Notes: generated from the letters alone by a model not told the origin. A stretch of 64,000 nucleotides of DNA from an uncultured Verrucomicrobia subdivision 3 bacterium (GCA_903835255.1 CAILMI010000056.1:1298-65297), one strand, 5' to 3'; numbered from the stretch's first letter, positions 44,584-57,970 are shown. Translations and numbers: made by a program.

Positions 44584-45936
44584 TCAGGCGTGAGCCTGGA
44601 TCACGTACTGCCGGAAAGACTCGTAATCAGCACCCAGGCGGTCGAAATTTTCCGGCAATTGAAGGGCCGCGGTCATCGCGGGCGGCACGTCCGGAGCGAA
44701 ACCGATGGTCTGCTCGATTTCCTCGGGGAACTTCGCGGGATTCGCCGTTTCCAAAATCACGGCGGGAAGTCCGTCCAGCGGCTCCGTCGCCTGCCAGTCC
44801 TGAAATCCGCGCCAGCCCACCGCACCGTGGCACTCCAGCAGCAGCTGATACCGGTTCCAGACTTCGCGGATGGTGTCGCGCGTGCGGTCGTCGGACACGG
44901 AGCTGGAGAAGAGGTCGCGGCGCATCGCGGCCAGATCGGGCATCTGATGGATCCGGCCGGTCTCGTCCATCCGCCCGCCATACAACGCCACCAGCCGGGC
45001 GAGGTTGCTGGGATGGCCCACGTTCATGGCATTGGAGACCGAATTGCGCGACGGGACAATTTTCTCGTAATGGCCGGTGGCCAGAAACTTGGGGAACGCA
45101 TCGTTGTCATTGACCGAGGTCACGATCTTCCGCACCGGCAGCCCCATCCGCTTGGCCACCATCGCCCCCATCATGTCGCCGAAATTGCCGCTCGGCACGG
45201 AGAAGACGATGGGTTCGCCGGGCCGCGCCAGACGCGAGGCGGCATAAAAATAATAGACGCTCTGCGGCAGCAGGCGCCCGATGTTGATGGAGTTCGCCGA
45301 GGAGAGCGGCAATGCGCTCAGCGCAGGATCGGCAAAGGCCTGCTTCACCATCGCCTGGCAGTCGTCGAATTTTCCGTCCACCGCCACCGTGCGGACGTTG
45401 CCGCTCAGAGTGGTCATCAGCTTGCGCTGGCTCAGGCTCACCTCCGCCAGCGGGAAGAGAACAATCACGCGGATTCCGGGGATGTTATGGAACGCGTGCG
45501 CCACCGCCGCCCCCGTGTCCCCGCTGGTCGCCGTCAGAATGGTCAGCTGCCTCCCGTCCTCGTGCAAAAAACGGCCCATCAGCCGCGCCATCATGCGGGC
45601 GGCAAAATCCTTAAAGGACGCTGTCGGACCCTGATCCAGACGCATCACCACCACCCGGTCATAAACGGTTTCCAGCGGAATGTCGAAATCGTAAGCCTCG
45701 CGGCAGAAGCCGGACAGCACCTCGGCCGGAAGGATGCCGTCGGTGTAGCGGGACAGGACCCGGAAAGCGATTTCCGCATAGGGCAGATCGGCGAAGGCGG
45801 CGATTTCCTCCGGCGCGAGCACCGGAAAAGTTTCAGGAAAATAGAGCCCGCGGTCGGGCGCCTGCCCGCGCAGGAAAGCCTCGCGCAGGTCGACGCCGGG
45901 CGACTGTCGGTTGGTGGAATGGAACAGCAAGGGCAT
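44584..45936 (-). CDS. thrC: Threonine synthase
   Basis: GPTASFKDFAARMM (PLP Lys), TATSGDTGAA and SANSINIGRL. The start was chosen at MPLLFHST. Confidence 0.85.
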   Translation of the reverse strand: MPLLFHSTNRQSPGVDLREAFLRGQAPDRGLYFPETFPVLAPEEIAAFADLPYAEIAFRVLSRYTDGILPAEVLSGFCREAYDFDIPLETVYDRVVVMRLDQGPTASFKDFAARMMARLMGRFLHEDGRQLTILTATSGDTGAAVAHAFHNIPGIRVIVLFPLAEVSLSQRKLMTTLSGNVRTVAVDGKFDDCQAMVKQAFADPALSALPLSSANSINIGRLLPQSVYYFYAASRLARPGEPIVFSVPSGNFGDMMGAMVAKRMGLPVRKIVTSVNDNDAFPKFLATGHYEKIVPSRNSVSNAMNVGHPSNLARLVALYGGRMDETGRIHQMPDLAAMRRDLFSSSVSDDRTRDTIREVWNRYQLLLECHGAVGWRGFQDWQATEPLDGLPAVILETANPAKFPEEIEQTIGFAPDVPPAMTAALQLPENFDRLGADYESFRQYVIQAHA

Positions 45937-46061
45937 AAAATCAGGTGCCGCACAAAGCCCATGCCGGGGCAACAGTTTTTCCGATGCCGTCCTCTTTCAA
46001 ATTGGATGGGTACTGATTCAATGACTCTTTGCCCGCTGGGCGTCTTTCGCGTGACGGATAT

Positions 46062-47366
46062 TTATTCAAAGCTTTCCACGCGGAGCATCACCGGCCGGGC
46101 CTTGACGGCGGGCAGCCGGGCAATCCGGGCCAGCGCCTTCCGGACGGCCCCGTGGGTGGCATAGTGCAGCATGAAAATCAGCGGCACACTCTTACCCTCG
46201 TGCCCCTCGGGCTGAATGACGGAGGAGATGCCAATGTTCAACTGGCCGAAGAGGGTGGCGATGCGAGCCAAAACGCCGGGCCGATCCACAACATTGAGCC
46301 GGACAAAATACTGGGACACGACCTCCTCGATGGGCGCAACGGCGCCGGACCGCTGATGGGGCACGAAGGGCGGCAGCCGGTGCTTTGTTCCAAACTTCAA
46401 ATCCAGCGCGGCATCCGCCAGATCGCTCAATACGGCGCTGGCCGTGGCGTCCCTGCCCGCACCCCGCCCGTAAAAAAGCGCGTCGCCCGCGATATCGCCG
46501 CGCACAAACACGGCGTTAAAAACTCCGTTCACGCTGGCGAGCACGTGCGCGTTGGGCACCAGCGTGGGATACACCGAGACCTGCACGCGGCCGGCCGGCC
46601 CCATCTTCTTAACCATGCCCAGCAGCTTGATGGTGTAGCCAAGGTCGCCGGCAAACTTAATATCGAGAGCGCTGATGTGGCGGATACCCTCAACGCACAC
46701 CGTTTTGGGGTTGACCCAAAATCCGTGCGCCAGCGAGGCGAGTATCCCCGTCTTATGGGCGGCATCGTGGCCGTCGATGTCCAGATCGGGCGGCGTCTCG
46801 GCGTACCCGAGCCGCTGCGCGTCCGCGAGCACGGCGTCAAAATCCGCGCCCTCGAGCTTCATGCGGGTGAGGATGTAATTGCAGGTGCCGTTGACGATGC
46901 CGTAGAGAGCGGTGATGCGGTTGCCCACAAAACCTTCGCGCAGGGCCTTGATGATGGGGATGCCCCCGGCAACGCTGGCCTCGTAATAGAGATTGGTGCC
47001 GTGTTTTTGCGCCGCAGCAAACAGCTCCTTGCCATGCGCGGACAGCAGGGCCTTATTTGCCGTGACGACGGGCTTGCCCAGCCGGAGAGCGGCGAGCACG
47101 ACCTCGCGCGCCACCGTGGTGCCGCCGATCAGTTCAACAACCAAGTGGACTTCAGGATCACAAACCACTTCACGCCAGTCGGCGGTGAGCAGGGCGCGGG
47201 GAATTCGGGCGGAGCGGTTTTTTTTGAGGTCACGCACCGCCACGCGGACGATTTCCAGCCCCACGCCGAGGCGCAAGGCCATGAGCGCGCCGTTGCGCCG
47301 AAGCGCCTCATAGACGCCCCCGCCCACAGTGCCGCCGCCGATGATTCCCAGTTTAACCTGCCGCAT
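46062..47366 (-). CDS. hom: Homoserine dehydrogenase with C-terminal ACT domain
   Basis: MRQVKLGIIGGGTVGGGV, LYYEASVAGGIPII and the ACT domain YFVRLNVVDRPGVLARIATLF. Confidence 0.9.
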   Translation of the reverse strand: MRQVKLGIIGGGTVGGGVYEALRRNGALMALRLGVGLEIVRVAVRDLKKNRSARIPRALLTADWREVVCDPEVHLVVELIGGTTVAREVVLAALRLGKPVVTANKALLSAHGKELFAAAQKHGTNLYYEASVAGGIPIIKALREGFVGNRITALYGIVNGTCNYILTRMKLEGADFDAVLADAQRLGYAETPPDLDIDGHDAAHKTGILASLAHGFWVNPKTVCVEGIRHISALDIKFAGDLGYTIKLLGMVKKMGPAGRVQVSVYPTLVPNAHVLASVNGVFNAVFVRGDIAGDALFYGRGAGRDATASAVLSDLADAALDLKFGTKHRLPPFVPHQRSGAVAPIEEVVSQYFVRLNVVDRPGVLARIATLFGQLNIGISSVIQPEGHEGKSVPLIFMLHYATHGAVRKALARIARLPAVKARPVMLRVESFE

Positions 47367-47536
47367 AAGAGCAGTCAGCTTGCCGCGAAACACGGCCCGG
47401 GACAATGCAATTTTGAAAACGCCTTGGCCCTTGGACACGGACCCGGACACTCGCACCAATGGGGAGGGCTGGGGAAAGAGGATTTGAGCTGGAACAGGGG
47501 ATGTGTCAGGAGACGCTCTGGAATCCCGGCGGCCCG

Positions 47537-48010
47537 TCAGGACCCCAAAAACCGGCCGATGAAACAGCCGGCTTCCTCCAGGGCGCCGGACTCCGCCGCC
47601 GTGTATTCATGGGGCCGCATCGTGCCGATGCCGAGAGTGCCAACAATGGTCGCGCCCGCGCGAACCGGCACGCAGAGAGCGCCCCCCACGCCGGCCTGCT
47701 TGGCGCCGGGCCGCGCGGCGCCGGTCGCGTCGGTTTGCAGGTTGCAGAGGGCGACGGGCTTGCCGAGGGCCGCCACCTGGCCGGCGATGCCCTTGCCGAC
47801 CGGAATGGTTTGGATCACGTCCAGCATCTGCGGCGGCAGTCCGAACTGGGCCAGCAGATGCAGGGTCTGTGTTTCGACGTTCAACCGGTGGAGGGTGGCG
47901 GTTTGAGAATCAAAATGGGCGAGCAGCCGCTGCAGAGCCGATTCCCAGTCCCGTTCACCCTTGGGAGAATTTCCCAGCAAAACTTCCATTTGTTCGCACA
48001 CGGTTTTCAT
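47537..48010 (-). CDS. GAF domain protein
   Basis: 157 aa. ...IPVGKGIAGQVAALGKPVALCNLQTD... ...GALCVPVRAGATIVGTLGIG is the typical GAF core pattern. It lies 3 nt downstream of the DUF190 gene. Confidence 0.65.
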   Translation of the reverse strand: MKTVCEQMEVLLGNSPKGERDWESALQRLLAHFDSQTATLHRLNVETQTLHLLAQFGLPPQMLDVIQTIPVGKGIAGQVAALGKPVALCNLQTDATGAARPGAKQAGVGGALCVPVRAGATIVGTLGIGTMRPHEYTAAESGALEEAGCFIGRFLGS

Positions 48011-48013
48011 AAA

Positions 48014-48370
48014 TCAGCCAGCGACGCCCTCTGCAGATTTGCCGCCGCTATAATGCAACACCCGCACCTTCTCCAGGGTGACCAGGCCGCCGCCCATCAT
48101 CGCTTCCAGCCGGGGCAGGAAGGCGTTAATCTTCTCCTCGCTGTCCACGATCTCAATCACCAGGGGCATATCCGTGGAGAGCCGGAGGATCTTGGCCGTG
48201 TGCAGGCGGCTGGACTGGCCAAAACCCATCTGCCCCCGCAGAACCGTCGCCCCCGCCAGATGAGCTGCGCGCGCGGCCATCACGATGGCTTCGTACAGCG
48301 GCACGTGTTCCCAGCGATCGCTTTCGCCGAGGAAAATCCGGAGCAGGACGGCATCTGTTGGAATTTGCAT
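48014..48370 (-). CDS. DUF190 (UPF0166, PII-like) protein, CrcB-associated
   Basis: LLRIFLGESDRWEHVPLYEAIVMAARAAHLAGATVLRGQMGFG...PLVIEIVDSEEKI. Confidence 0.8.
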   Translation of the reverse strand: MQIPTDAVLLRIFLGESDRWEHVPLYEAIVMAARAAHLAGATVLRGQMGFGQSSRLHTAKILRLSTDMPLVIEIVDSEEKINAFLPRLEAMMGGGLVTLEKVRVLHYSGGKSAEGVAG

Positions 48371-48371
48371 A

Positions 48372-48776
48372 TCAATTTCCTTTCATGGAGTGGACCATGG
48401 TGCCCAGCATCCAGCCAAGCCACACGGCAATCATACAGAGAGCCACGGACAAGAGAATGTTGCCGCCGGCCCAGAGCCATTCGCGGTCGCGCAGCAGGTT
48501 CAGCGTCTGCAGGCTGAAGCTGGAGAAGGTGGTGTAGCCGCCACAGACGCCAATCATGAGGAACTGCACAACGAAGGGACGCCACGCCGGATTCATCCGA
48601 CCTTCGGGAAGAGCCAGCGCTCCAAGTAGGCCGATGACGAAACAGCCGGCGCCATTGACGGCAAGCGTCCCCCAAGGAAAGGTCGCGCCAATCCTTTCGG
48701 ACACCAGCCCGTTAATCCAGAAGCGGCCCACGCTGCCGAGCGCCCCGCCGAGCGCCACCCAAAAATATGCGAGCAT
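48372..48776 (-). CDS. crcB: Fluoride ion channel CrcB/FluC
   Basis: GGALGSVGRFWING...FPWGTLAVNGAGCFVIGLL...GVCGGYTTFSSFS. Confidence 0.9.
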   Translation of the reverse strand: MLAYFWVALGGALGSVGRFWINGLVSERIGATFPWGTLAVNGAGCFVIGLLGALALPEGRMNPAWRPFVVQFLMIGVCGGYTTFSSFSLQTLNLLRDREWLWAGGNILLSVALCMIAVWLGWMLGTMVHSMKGN

Positions 48777-48823
48777 AAATTCGCGGGAAATCTTGTATCC
48801 GCCACCAAGCCAGCGCTACCGCT

Positions 48824-50797
<1,974 letters not shown>

Positions 50798-50894
50798 TTA
50801 TCTAGTGTCTCGGGCTGGCGTCTGTATTCCCGGGAATACAGAGCGCACTCGGTCGATTCAAGGAAAGCGTTTGAAGGGTGGCCCCGGTGGCCCT

Positions 50895-51005
50895 CCGCGA
50901 GGAGTCCTACGCCAGCATTACCTGGATCAGTTTTTCGGGTCTCCGGCGTTCCGCGCCGAACTCTCAGCCTTCGTCGTCCCTGTGAACGGCCGGTTGGCTC
51001 CCCAT
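50895..51005 (-). promoter_or_regulatory. TPP (THI-box) riboswitch in the thiC leader
   Basis: The minus-strand RNA reads GGGACGACGAAGGCUGAGAGUUCGGCGCGGAACGCCGGAGACCCGAAAAACUGAUCCAGGUAAUGCUGGCGUAGGACUCC. This contains the conserved CUGAGA, ACCC and CUGAUC..GG.AAUGC..GCGUAGG elements. GGGGAG upstream and CUCCUC downstream could form P1. The perfect palindrome CUGUAUUCCCGGGAAUACAG lies between the aptamer and the ATG. Confidence 0.85.
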
Positions 51006-51121
51006 CTGTGACAAGGCTAGGAGGAAGGGACGCCAGCGTCAAGCCGCTGAACACAAAAGAATCAGCCGTCCCGCATCACACGGAACGGCTCGGATCGGCT
51101 GGCGCGGGCGGATCAGGCCGC

Positions 51122-51469
51122 TCAAGCCGTGAAGGATTTTCCGCAACCGCAGCTCTCCTTGGCGTTGGGATTGGTGATCTTGAAGCCTCCGGCCGTGAGC
51201 GCGTCACTAAAATCCACCACGGTGCCGGCCAAATAAGGCAGGCTGACCGGATCCACCAGCACGTGGACGCCGTGCTGCGGCGCGGACAGATCGCCCGGGC
51301 GCTCCTCATCAAACACCATGCCATATTGCATGCCGGAACAGCCGCCCTGCTCCACATACACCCGGAAATGTTTGCCGGCATTCTCCGGCAGCGACAGCAG
51401 GGAAAGGCACTCTTCCGCGGCCCGAGGGGTGAGGCCGACACTGGTTTGTATGGAGGGATTCTGAATCAT
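51122..51469 (-). CDS. Iron-sulfur cluster insertion/assembly protein (HesB/IscA/ErpA family)
   Basis: FRVYVEQGGCSGMQYGMVFD ... FKITNPNAKESCGCGKSF. Confidence 0.85.
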   Translation of the reverse strand: MIQNPSIQTSVGLTPRAAEECLSLLSLPENAGKHFRVYVEQGGCSGMQYGMVFDEERPGDLSAPQHGVHVLVDPVSLPYLAGTVVDFSDALTAGGFKITNPNAKESCGCGKSFTA

Positions 51470-51519
51470 GGATTTGTGGCTCGAAATTAAGTTCAATAAA
51501 TCTGCCTGTCAATGGGCGG

Positions 51520-54138
51520 TCATTTCTTTTCCGCATGGTACGCCGCCCGTTTTTTTTCCAGGGACTCTCTCGACTGCGGAAACAGCTTTTCCAAATGATC
51601 GAGGAAGGGATCGACCTCCTCCGGGCGGGAGGCGCCCGGCGAACCGATCAGCGGCAGCGCCTGCAGGCCCGCCTTTTTCACCCAAAAATCATCGGGCACC
51701 TCCCCCGCCCTCAACAGATTACCGTAAAACACATCCAGATAGCTGTCCCGCGCCCGCGCCAGCAGCATCCGGCGTTCATCGCCATCCGCCTGCGCAGCTT
51801 TCTTTTCCAGAGCGATGCCGTAGCCGACCAATGCCTGGCTGCGCGCGGAGATGCCGGCGAACGGCGATTGAAACACCTGCGCATAGGCGTTGGTGGCGGC
51901 GTCAACATCGGACATCTGCAGCGCGCACTTTCCGATCTCCCCCCACGCCAGGGCCCCGAGCTCGTTGGTGGCGTAGACCTGACAGATCTGGCTCAACAGG
52001 TCCGCCGCCTTTTGAAAACCGGCCTGCGACTGGTTCGTGTCCGCTGACTCCGCCGCCATCAGGGCAGCACTCTCCGCGAAGGTGGCCTGAACCCGCAAAT
52101 CAATCGGACAGTTGGTGTCCTGCTCCAGAACGGTGAAATAGTCGCGGATTGCGCCGTTGTAGTCGGATCGCGCCACGGCGGCGCGACCGGCCATCAGGCG
52201 CGCGGGAGAGGCCAAGGGGGAAGCCGGCCAGTTTTCAAAGACGAATTTATAATTGCGCTCTGCGCCGACATAATCCGGCAGCCGGAAAAAATGATCCGCC
52301 ACCCACCATTGGGCGAGCGGGGCCAGATCGCTGCCGGGAAACTGCGCGACAAAATTGGTGAAGCGCTGGAAAGCGTTTGTCTCCTGACCCGCCTGAAACG
52401 CGGCTTGAGCCAGCGCGTAGCTGACCTGCGGCACCAGGGCGTTGGTCGGAAAGCTCACCAGCCAATTTTCATAGTGGTTCACGGCAAGGGGCCAGCTGTG
52501 TTCCCGCTCGTAGGTGCGCGCAATCGCCAGCGCCACCTGCGGCGACCATTCAGGCCCGGACAGAAGCGGGGAGAGCCTTTCAAAAAGCGCCCGCGCCTCA
52601 GCCGGATTCGCAAGACTTTCCCCATACAGGAGCGAACTGCCCGGCACCAGACTGCTGGCAGGGTTCCTCTGGCAGATCCGCTCAAAGGCGGTGCGAGCTC
52701 CCTCGGGGTCGTTCAATTCCAGACTGGCGCGCAGCAGCTGGTACCCGGCGGCATCGCCAAGCGCCGCAGCCGTTCCAGAATCACGCGGGAGCTTCTCCAG
52801 AACGGCACGATAATCCTTCAGTGCCCCCGCATAGTCTTTCTGCGCGAACCGAACATCGCCGAGCTTGAAGCGCGCCACCGCCTGCGCATCGGAGGACGGC
52901 AATAATTGCGCGGCCGCCTGAAAATCCGGGGAGCTTTCAGAGACAGCTCCCGCCAGCCAGAAACACCACCCGCGATCCAGATGCGCCACCCCGATCAGCG
53001 GGCTGTTCGTCTGCGTCGCAATCATCCGGTCGAAATAGCCGCGGGCTTCCAATAGCAGATTGGTACGGACACCCTCCGGGCGGGGCGCGACCGCCTCTTT
53101 CATCCGTAATTCCCCCAGCGTCAGCAGAACGGTGTCCGCCGCTGGGGAGTCCGGATCGCCTGCCAGAAATGCCTCCAGCATCGGGACGGCGTTTGAAAAC
53201 TGCTGCTGGGCGATGGCCAGCCCGGCGATTTTAAGGGTGGCTTCCCGCTGCCGTGCGACCGGCGCATTCGTGAGGTTTTCCTGATACTCTGCTAGGGCAT
53301 CAGCCGTGCGCCCCAGCCGCTCGAGGGCCGCCGCGCGGAGTTCGCGGGCCTCGGCACGCCAGTCATCATTTTTTTTAATCCGGGCAACCCGGAGCAGATG
53401 GGAGGTGGACGCAAGGGCGGCATCGGGCTGGCCGGCCTTGGTTTGGACCTGGTACAAGAGCAGCGCGCCCTGACGTTCCAAGTCGGGCGTGAGCGCCCGG
53501 GACTCCAGGAGCGGCTCCAGCAGGGCGGCCGCCCCGGCGAAATCTCCCCGCTCGCATTTGGCCTGGGCCAGCAGTAATTGCCCCTGCGCCACCCGTTCGC
53601 TGCCCAAATCCATCTGGACGGCCCGCGGGAAAACGCCGCCGGGTGCCTCCAGCAATAAAATAATCTGGCCCCAGCGGGCCAGCTTTCCAAACGCCGAGGC
53701 CGCGCCAATCACCGCCTCCAAACGCAGGCTGGACTCTGGGAATTTCTGGTCGAGCGCCAGCCAGTCCTCCGCCGCACCGGAAAAATCGCCCCCTTGAAAC
53801 CGCGCCTCTCCCGTCCAATAAAGAACGTCATCCGCCAGCGGCCCGGCTCCGGATACGAGTTTGGGATCCGCCAGCCGCGCAAGGGCGTCTGTGAGTTTCC
53901 CCTGCTTGATTTCAGCCTGCGCCCGCAGCAACGCCGCCTCTCCGCCATGGGCGGAGGCCGGATAATTCATACTGAACCGGGCGAAGCCCATTTCCGCACG
54001 GCTCCACAGCCCGTCTTGAAAAGCCGCCGCCGCCGCCGCATACTCGCGCTCCTCCTTCGCGCTGCCGGCGGCGAACCCCCACCCGCCGCTGCAGACCAGC
54101 ACCATTAATATGGAAAGCCATCGCCAGCAAAAAACCAT
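51520..54138 (-). CDS. Large secreted tetratricopeptide-repeat protein
   Basis: 872 aa with the N-terminal signal peptide MVFCWRWLSILMVLVCSGGWGFA. A/L/Y-rich ~34-aa repeats recur throughout (e.g. ...YALAQAAFQAGQ..A...F..). Confidence 0.65.
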   Translation of the reverse strand: MVFCWRWLSILMVLVCSGGWGFAAGSAKEEREYAAAAAAFQDGLWSRAEMGFARFSMNYPASAHGGEAALLRAQAEIKQGKLTDALARLADPKLVSGAGPLADDVLYWTGEARFQGGDFSGAAEDWLALDQKFPESSLRLEAVIGAASAFGKLARWGQIILLLEAPGGVFPRAVQMDLGSERVAQGQLLLAQAKCERGDFAGAAALLEPLLESRALTPDLERQGALLLYQVQTKAGQPDAALASTSHLLRVARIKKNDDWRAEARELRAAALERLGRTADALAEYQENLTNAPVARQREATLKIAGLAIAQQQFSNAVPMLEAFLAGDPDSPAADTVLLTLGELRMKEAVAPRPEGVRTNLLLEARGYFDRMIATQTNSPLIGVAHLDRGWCFWLAGAVSESSPDFQAAAQLLPSSDAQAVARFKLGDVRFAQKDYAGALKDYRAVLEKLPRDSGTAAALGDAAGYQLLRASLELNDPEGARTAFERICQRNPASSLVPGSSLLYGESLANPAEARALFERLSPLLSGPEWSPQVALAIARTYEREHSWPLAVNHYENWLVSFPTNALVPQVSYALAQAAFQAGQETNAFQRFTNFVAQFPGSDLAPLAQWWVADHFFRLPDYVGAERNYKFVFENWPASPLASPARLMAGRAAVARSDYNGAIRDYFTVLEQDTNCPIDLRVQATFAESAALMAAESADTNQSQAGFQKAADLLSQICQVYATNELGALAWGEIGKCALQMSDVDAATNAYAQVFQSPFAGISARSQALVGYGIALEKKAAQADGDERRMLLARARDSYLDVFYGNLLRAGEVPDDFWVKKAGLQALPLIGSPGASRPEEVDPFLDHLEKLFPQSRESLEKKRAAYHAEKK

Positions 54139-54251
54139 GCGCTCATGCTAGCGGAGCGGGGGGAGGGACAAAAGCGGTAAATCAAGCCGGCGCTCATGCG
54201 CGGACTCCAAAGCCCCGTCCCGAGCGCGATGTCTCACTCACTCCCACCCGC

Positions 54252-57233
54252 TCACCCCAGAACACTTTTCAGATAATGTCCGGTATGACTGGCGGCGCAG
54301 TGCACGATTTTTTCCGGCGGGCCTTCCGCCACGATTCTGCCGCCGCCGCCGCCGCCCTCCGGGCCGAGGTCAATGATCCAGTCCGCCGTCTTGATCACAT
54401 CCAGGTTGTGTTCGATGACCAGCAGCGTGTTGCCCGTATTGCGCAGGCGGAACAGCACCTCCAGCAGTTTGGCCACGTCATGAAAATGCAGTCCGGTGGT
54501 TGGCTCATCCAGAATATAGAGCGTCTTGCCCGTCGCTCTGCGGCTCAGCTCAGTGGCCAGCTTCACGCGCTGCGCCTCCCCGCCGCTGAGGGTCGTCGCC
54601 TGCTGCCCCAGCCGCAAATAGCCCAGCCCCACCTCCGCCAGCGTCGCCAGCGGATCATAAATCTTCGGCACGGCGCGGAAAAAGTCCACCGCCTCGTCCA
54701 CCGTCAGATTGAGGACGTCGGCGATGTTCTTGCCTTTGTAGGCGATCTCCAGCGTCTCGCGGTTGTAGCGCTGCCCAGCGCACGCCTCGCATGTCACATA
54801 AACGGGCGGCAGAAAATTCATCTCGATCTTCAGGATGCCGTCGCCCTCGCACTTCTCACAGCGCCCGCCCTTCACGTTGAAGCTGAAGCGGCCGGGCTCA
54901 TACCCCCGCACCTTGGCCGCCGGCAGGCGGGCGAACAGATCGCGGATCTGATTGAACATGCCCGTGTAAGTTGCCGGATTGCTGCGCGGCGTCCGCCCGA
55001 TCGGCGACTGATCGATCACGATGACCTTGTCCAGATCTTCAAAGCCTTTCAGCGCCCGGTGTTCGCCGGGCCGCTCCTTGGAGCCGTAAAACTTGCGGAA
55101 CAGCGCCCGGCGGAGGATGTCGTCGACAAACGTGCTCTTGCCGGAGCCGCTCACTCCCGTGACGCAGGTAAAAGTGCCCAGCGGGATCCGCACATCGATG
55201 TCCTGCAGATTGTTTTCGGTGGCACCCAGGACCTCCAGCCAGCCGCGGTCCCCGGACGGTGACACGCGCTTTTTAGGCACCGGAATGCATAGCTCGCCGG
55301 TGAGGTATTGGCCGGTCAGCGACTTCTTGCTCGCCAAAATATCGGGCAGCGTTCCGGCGGCGACAAGTTCGCCGCCATGCACGCCAGCGCCCGGACCCAG
55401 ATCCAGGATGTAGTCCGCGGCGCGGATGGTGTCCGCATCGTGCTCTACCACCAGCACCGTGTTGCCCAGATCCCGCAGGCCTTTCAGCGTGGCCAGCAGC
55501 CGATCATTGTCCCGCTGATGCAGGCCGATGCTGGGCTCATCGAGAACATAGAGGACGCCGACGAGCGCCGCGCCGATCTGGGTGGCCAGACGGATCCGCT
55601 GCGCCTCCCCACCGCTCAGGGTGCCGCTCTCGCGGTCGAGCGTGAGATAGCCCAGCCCCACGTTCCGGAGAAATCCCAGCCGGGCGCGGATTTCCTTGAT
55701 CACTTCAGCGGCAATCTTCTGCTCGTATTCGCTCAGCCGGAGGCCGGCAAAAAATTCATCCGCTTTCTCCACCGAGAGCCCGCAGACTTCCATGACCGAC
55801 AGGCCGGGAATCTTGAGAGTTTTGGACTTGGCAGCGGGCGTTTTGATCGTTGTCAAAAAACCGGCCCCGCCCAGGGTCACCGCCAAAATCTCCGGCTTCA
55901 GTCGTTTGCCCCGGCAGGCATCGCAGAACTGCGGGGTCATATACGCCTTGAGCCGGTTGCGGATGAATTCGCTCTCGCTGTCGGTGGCGAGACGCTCCAG
56001 GTTCGGCAGCACGCCCTCGAAGGGCCGGGAAATAGTGCTGATCTTGCCGCCGCGCCAGAAGTTGAAATCCAGCGGCTGCTCGCCCGAGCCGTGCAGCAGC
56101 ACTTTTTTAAAATCCTCGGGCAGCTCCTGGTACGGCGTCTCCGGGCTGACCTTGAAATGCGCGGCCACCGACCGCAGCATCGCCTTGTAATAAATAATGA
56201 GCCGCTTGCCGGCGCGGCGCCAGGGCTGGATAGCGCCGTCCAGCGGGAGCGTGGGATCCGGCACGACCAGCGCCTCGTCGAAAATCATTTTCTGGCCGAG
56301 ACCGTGGCAGGCGGGACACGCTCCGGCGGGTGCGTTGAACGAGAAATGCTTCGGTGTCGGCGGATCATAGCTCTTGCCCGTCGCCGGAGAACACATCTTG
56401 TTCGAATGCAGGGTCTCAACCCAGCCGCCGACGGCATCCGGGGATGCCTTTTTCTTAGCCGCCGTTTTTGCGGCAGGGGTCGCAGGAGAGATCCCGGCCG
56501 CTTCCACTTGATGCAGCGTAAAGATCACCCCGTCGCCCAGACGCAGCGCGGTCTGGACGGAATCGCCCAGCCGGACCCGCGCCTTTTCATCGATCACCAG
56601 CCGGTCCACCACGGCCTCGATGCTGTGAAATTTCTTTTTATCGAGCTTGATACGCTGGCTGTCATCGCCCAGCTCCAGCAGTTCCCCATCCACCCGCACC
56701 CGGACAAAACCTTCGCGGGCCAGCCGCTCAAACACGTCCCGGAACTCCCCCTTCTGCCGGCGCACCACCGGGGCCAGCAGCATCACGCGCGTCCGGGGCG
56801 GCAGCGCCAGGATCTTATCCACGATGTCGCTGGTGCTCTGGGTGGAGATGGGGACGCCGGTTTCCGGGCAATGCGCCTGGCCGATGTGGGCATAGAGCAG
56901 GCGCAGGTAATCATAGATCTCCGTGGTGGTGGCGATGATGGAGCGCGGGCTGCTGCCGGAACTGCGCTGCTCGATGGCGATGGCCGGGGACAGGCCCTCG
57001 ATAAAATCCACGTCCGGCTTCTGCAACTGGTCCAGAAACTGGCGCGCGTAGGCCGAGAGGCTCTCGACGTATTTGCGCTGCCCCTCGGCGTAAATCGTGT
57101 CGAACGCGAGCGAGGACTTGCCGCTCCCGCTCAGGCCGGTGACGACCACCAGCTTGTCGCGCGGGATCTGCAGGGTGAGGTTTTTGAGGTTGTGCTCCCG
57201 CGCTCCGCCGATCTTGATAAATTCTTTGCTCAT
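54252..57233 (-). CDS. uvrA: Excinuclease ABC subunit A
   Basis: [60 protein letters not shown], zinc modules ([16 protein letters not shown]) and a second Walker [10 protein letters not shown]. Confidence 0.95.
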   Translation of the reverse strand: MSKEFIKIGGAREHNLKNLTLQIPRDKLVVVTGLSGSGKSSLAFDTIYAEGQRKYVESLSAYARQFLDQLQKPDVDFIEGLSPAIAIEQRSSGSSPRSIIATTTEIYDYLRLLYAHIGQAHCPETGVPISTQSTSDIVDKILALPPRTRVMLLAPVVRRQKGEFRDVFERLAREGFVRVRVDGELLELGDDSQRIKLDKKKFHSIEAVVDRLVIDEKARVRLGDSVQTALRLGDGVIFTLHQVEAAGISPATPAAKTAAKKKASPDAVGGWVETLHSNKMCSPATGKSYDPPTPKHFSFNAPAGACPACHGLGQKMIFDEALVVPDPTLPLDGAIQPWRRAGKRLIIYYKAMLRSVAAHFKVSPETPYQELPEDFKKVLLHGSGEQPLDFNFWRGGKISTISRPFEGVLPNLERLATDSESEFIRNRLKAYMTPQFCDACRGKRLKPEILAVTLGGAGFLTTIKTPAAKSKTLKIPGLSVMEVCGLSVEKADEFFAGLRLSEYEQKIAAEVIKEIRARLGFLRNVGLGYLTLDRESGTLSGGEAQRIRLATQIGAALVGVLYVLDEPSIGLHQRDNDRLLATLKGLRDLGNTVLVVEHDADTIRAADYILDLGPGAGVHGGELVAAGTLPDILASKKSLTGQYLTGELCIPVPKKRVSPSGDRGWLEVLGATENNLQDIDVRIPLGTFTCVTGVSGSGKSTFVDDILRRALFRKFYGSKERPGEHRALKGFEDLDKVIVIDQSPIGRTPRSNPATYTGMFNQIRDLFARLPAAKVRGYEPGRFSFNVKGGRCEKCEGDGILKIEMNFLPPVYVTCEACAGQRYNRETLEIAYKGKNIADVLNLTVDEAVDFFRAVPKIYDPLATLAEVGLGYLRLGQQATTLSGGEAQRVKLATELSRRATGKTLYILDEPTTGLHFHDVAKLLEVLFRLRNTGNTLLVIEHNLDVIKTADWIIDLGPEGGGGGGRIVAEGPPEKIVHCAASHTGHYLKSVLG

Positions 57234-57416
57234 AGCTGCTGATTTCCGCTGCTGCCCAAAGGCTGAAATTATGCCAAGCGGCGCGGAAAGCAAAGCCGGA
57301 TATCCTCATAACGGGGCAACTTCCAAAGGCGCCCCCCGAAACGGGGACTATAAGGGACGACAGGGGACGATACCGCCGCTTGCGCCGGACCGTTCCATGG
57401 CGGTAACCTTCCCGCC

Positions 57417-57872
57417 ATGATTACCGACACTTTAACGCAGCACCAACGTTACACGAGCTTCTCCCCGCGCTTTGCCGCCGCGTTCACATTCCTCAACCAA
57501 CTCCCCGCCAACCTCCCGGACGGACGCCACGACATCGAGGGGGACGACTGCTTTGCGCTGGTGCAGACCTATCTCACGCGACCGCTGGCACAGGCCAAAT
57601 TTGAGGCGCACCGCCAATACATTGATATCCAGTTCCTCCAGGCCGGCCGCGAGACCCTCCTCTGGTCGCCGCTCGACGCTCTCACCCGCGTCACCGAGCC
57701 GTACGCCGCCGAGCGCGACATCGCCTTCTTCGCAAACCCGACCCACTGGACACCGATCCATTTAACCGCCGGACAGTTCTCCATTTTCTTTCCCACCGAC
57801 GGTCACGCGCCTGGCTTGGAATGCAACGGGTCTGCGGAGGTCCGGAAAATTGTCATCAAAGTGCGCGCCTGA
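57417..57872 (+). CDS. YhcH/YjgK/YiaL (DUF386, EbgC-like) family protein
   Basis: 151 aa. ...[44 protein letters not shown]...FFPTDGHAP fits the family pattern as I recall it. Confidence 0.6.
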   Translation: MITDTLTQHQRYTSFSPRFAAAFTFLNQLPANLPDGRHDIEGDDCFALVQTYLTRPLAQAKFEAHRQYIDIQFLQAGRETLLWSPLDALTRVTEPYAAERDIAFFANPTHWTPIHLTAGQFSIFFPTDGHAPGLECNGSAEVRKIVIKVRA

Positions 57873-57970
57873 CCTGCCCGTTTTTCATCTCGCCCTTGGA
57901 CCATTGTGATAGGGCGGAGAAATCTTTGCGTCCTTGAACGGCGGAGGATTCCAGCCGCATACTCATCCGG

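Noticed and set aside
44590-47906. Long plus-strand ORFs 44590..46164 and 46029..47906 opposite thrC and hom
   Set aside because: These are antisense shadows. thrC and hom on the minus strand are clearly recognisable, and the plus-strand products are R/G/H/P-rich nonsense.
48777-48823. Expected fluoride (crcB-motif) riboswitch upstream of crcB
   Set aside because: Only 47 nt are available. The minus-strand sequence lacks the conserved elements of the motif as I remember them. A covariance-model scan (RF01734) is needed to be certain.
54276-57242. Plus-strand ORFs 54276..55262 and 55308..57242 opposite uvrA
   Set aside because: These are antisense shadows of uvrA, which is a full-length, motif-complete gene.
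57234-57416. LexA/SOS box upstream of uvrA
   Set aside because: There is no TGTTC-N4-GAACA-like palindrome (my recollection of the Verrucomicrobia LexA motif) and no E. coli-type CTGT-N8-ACAG in the divergent promoter region.
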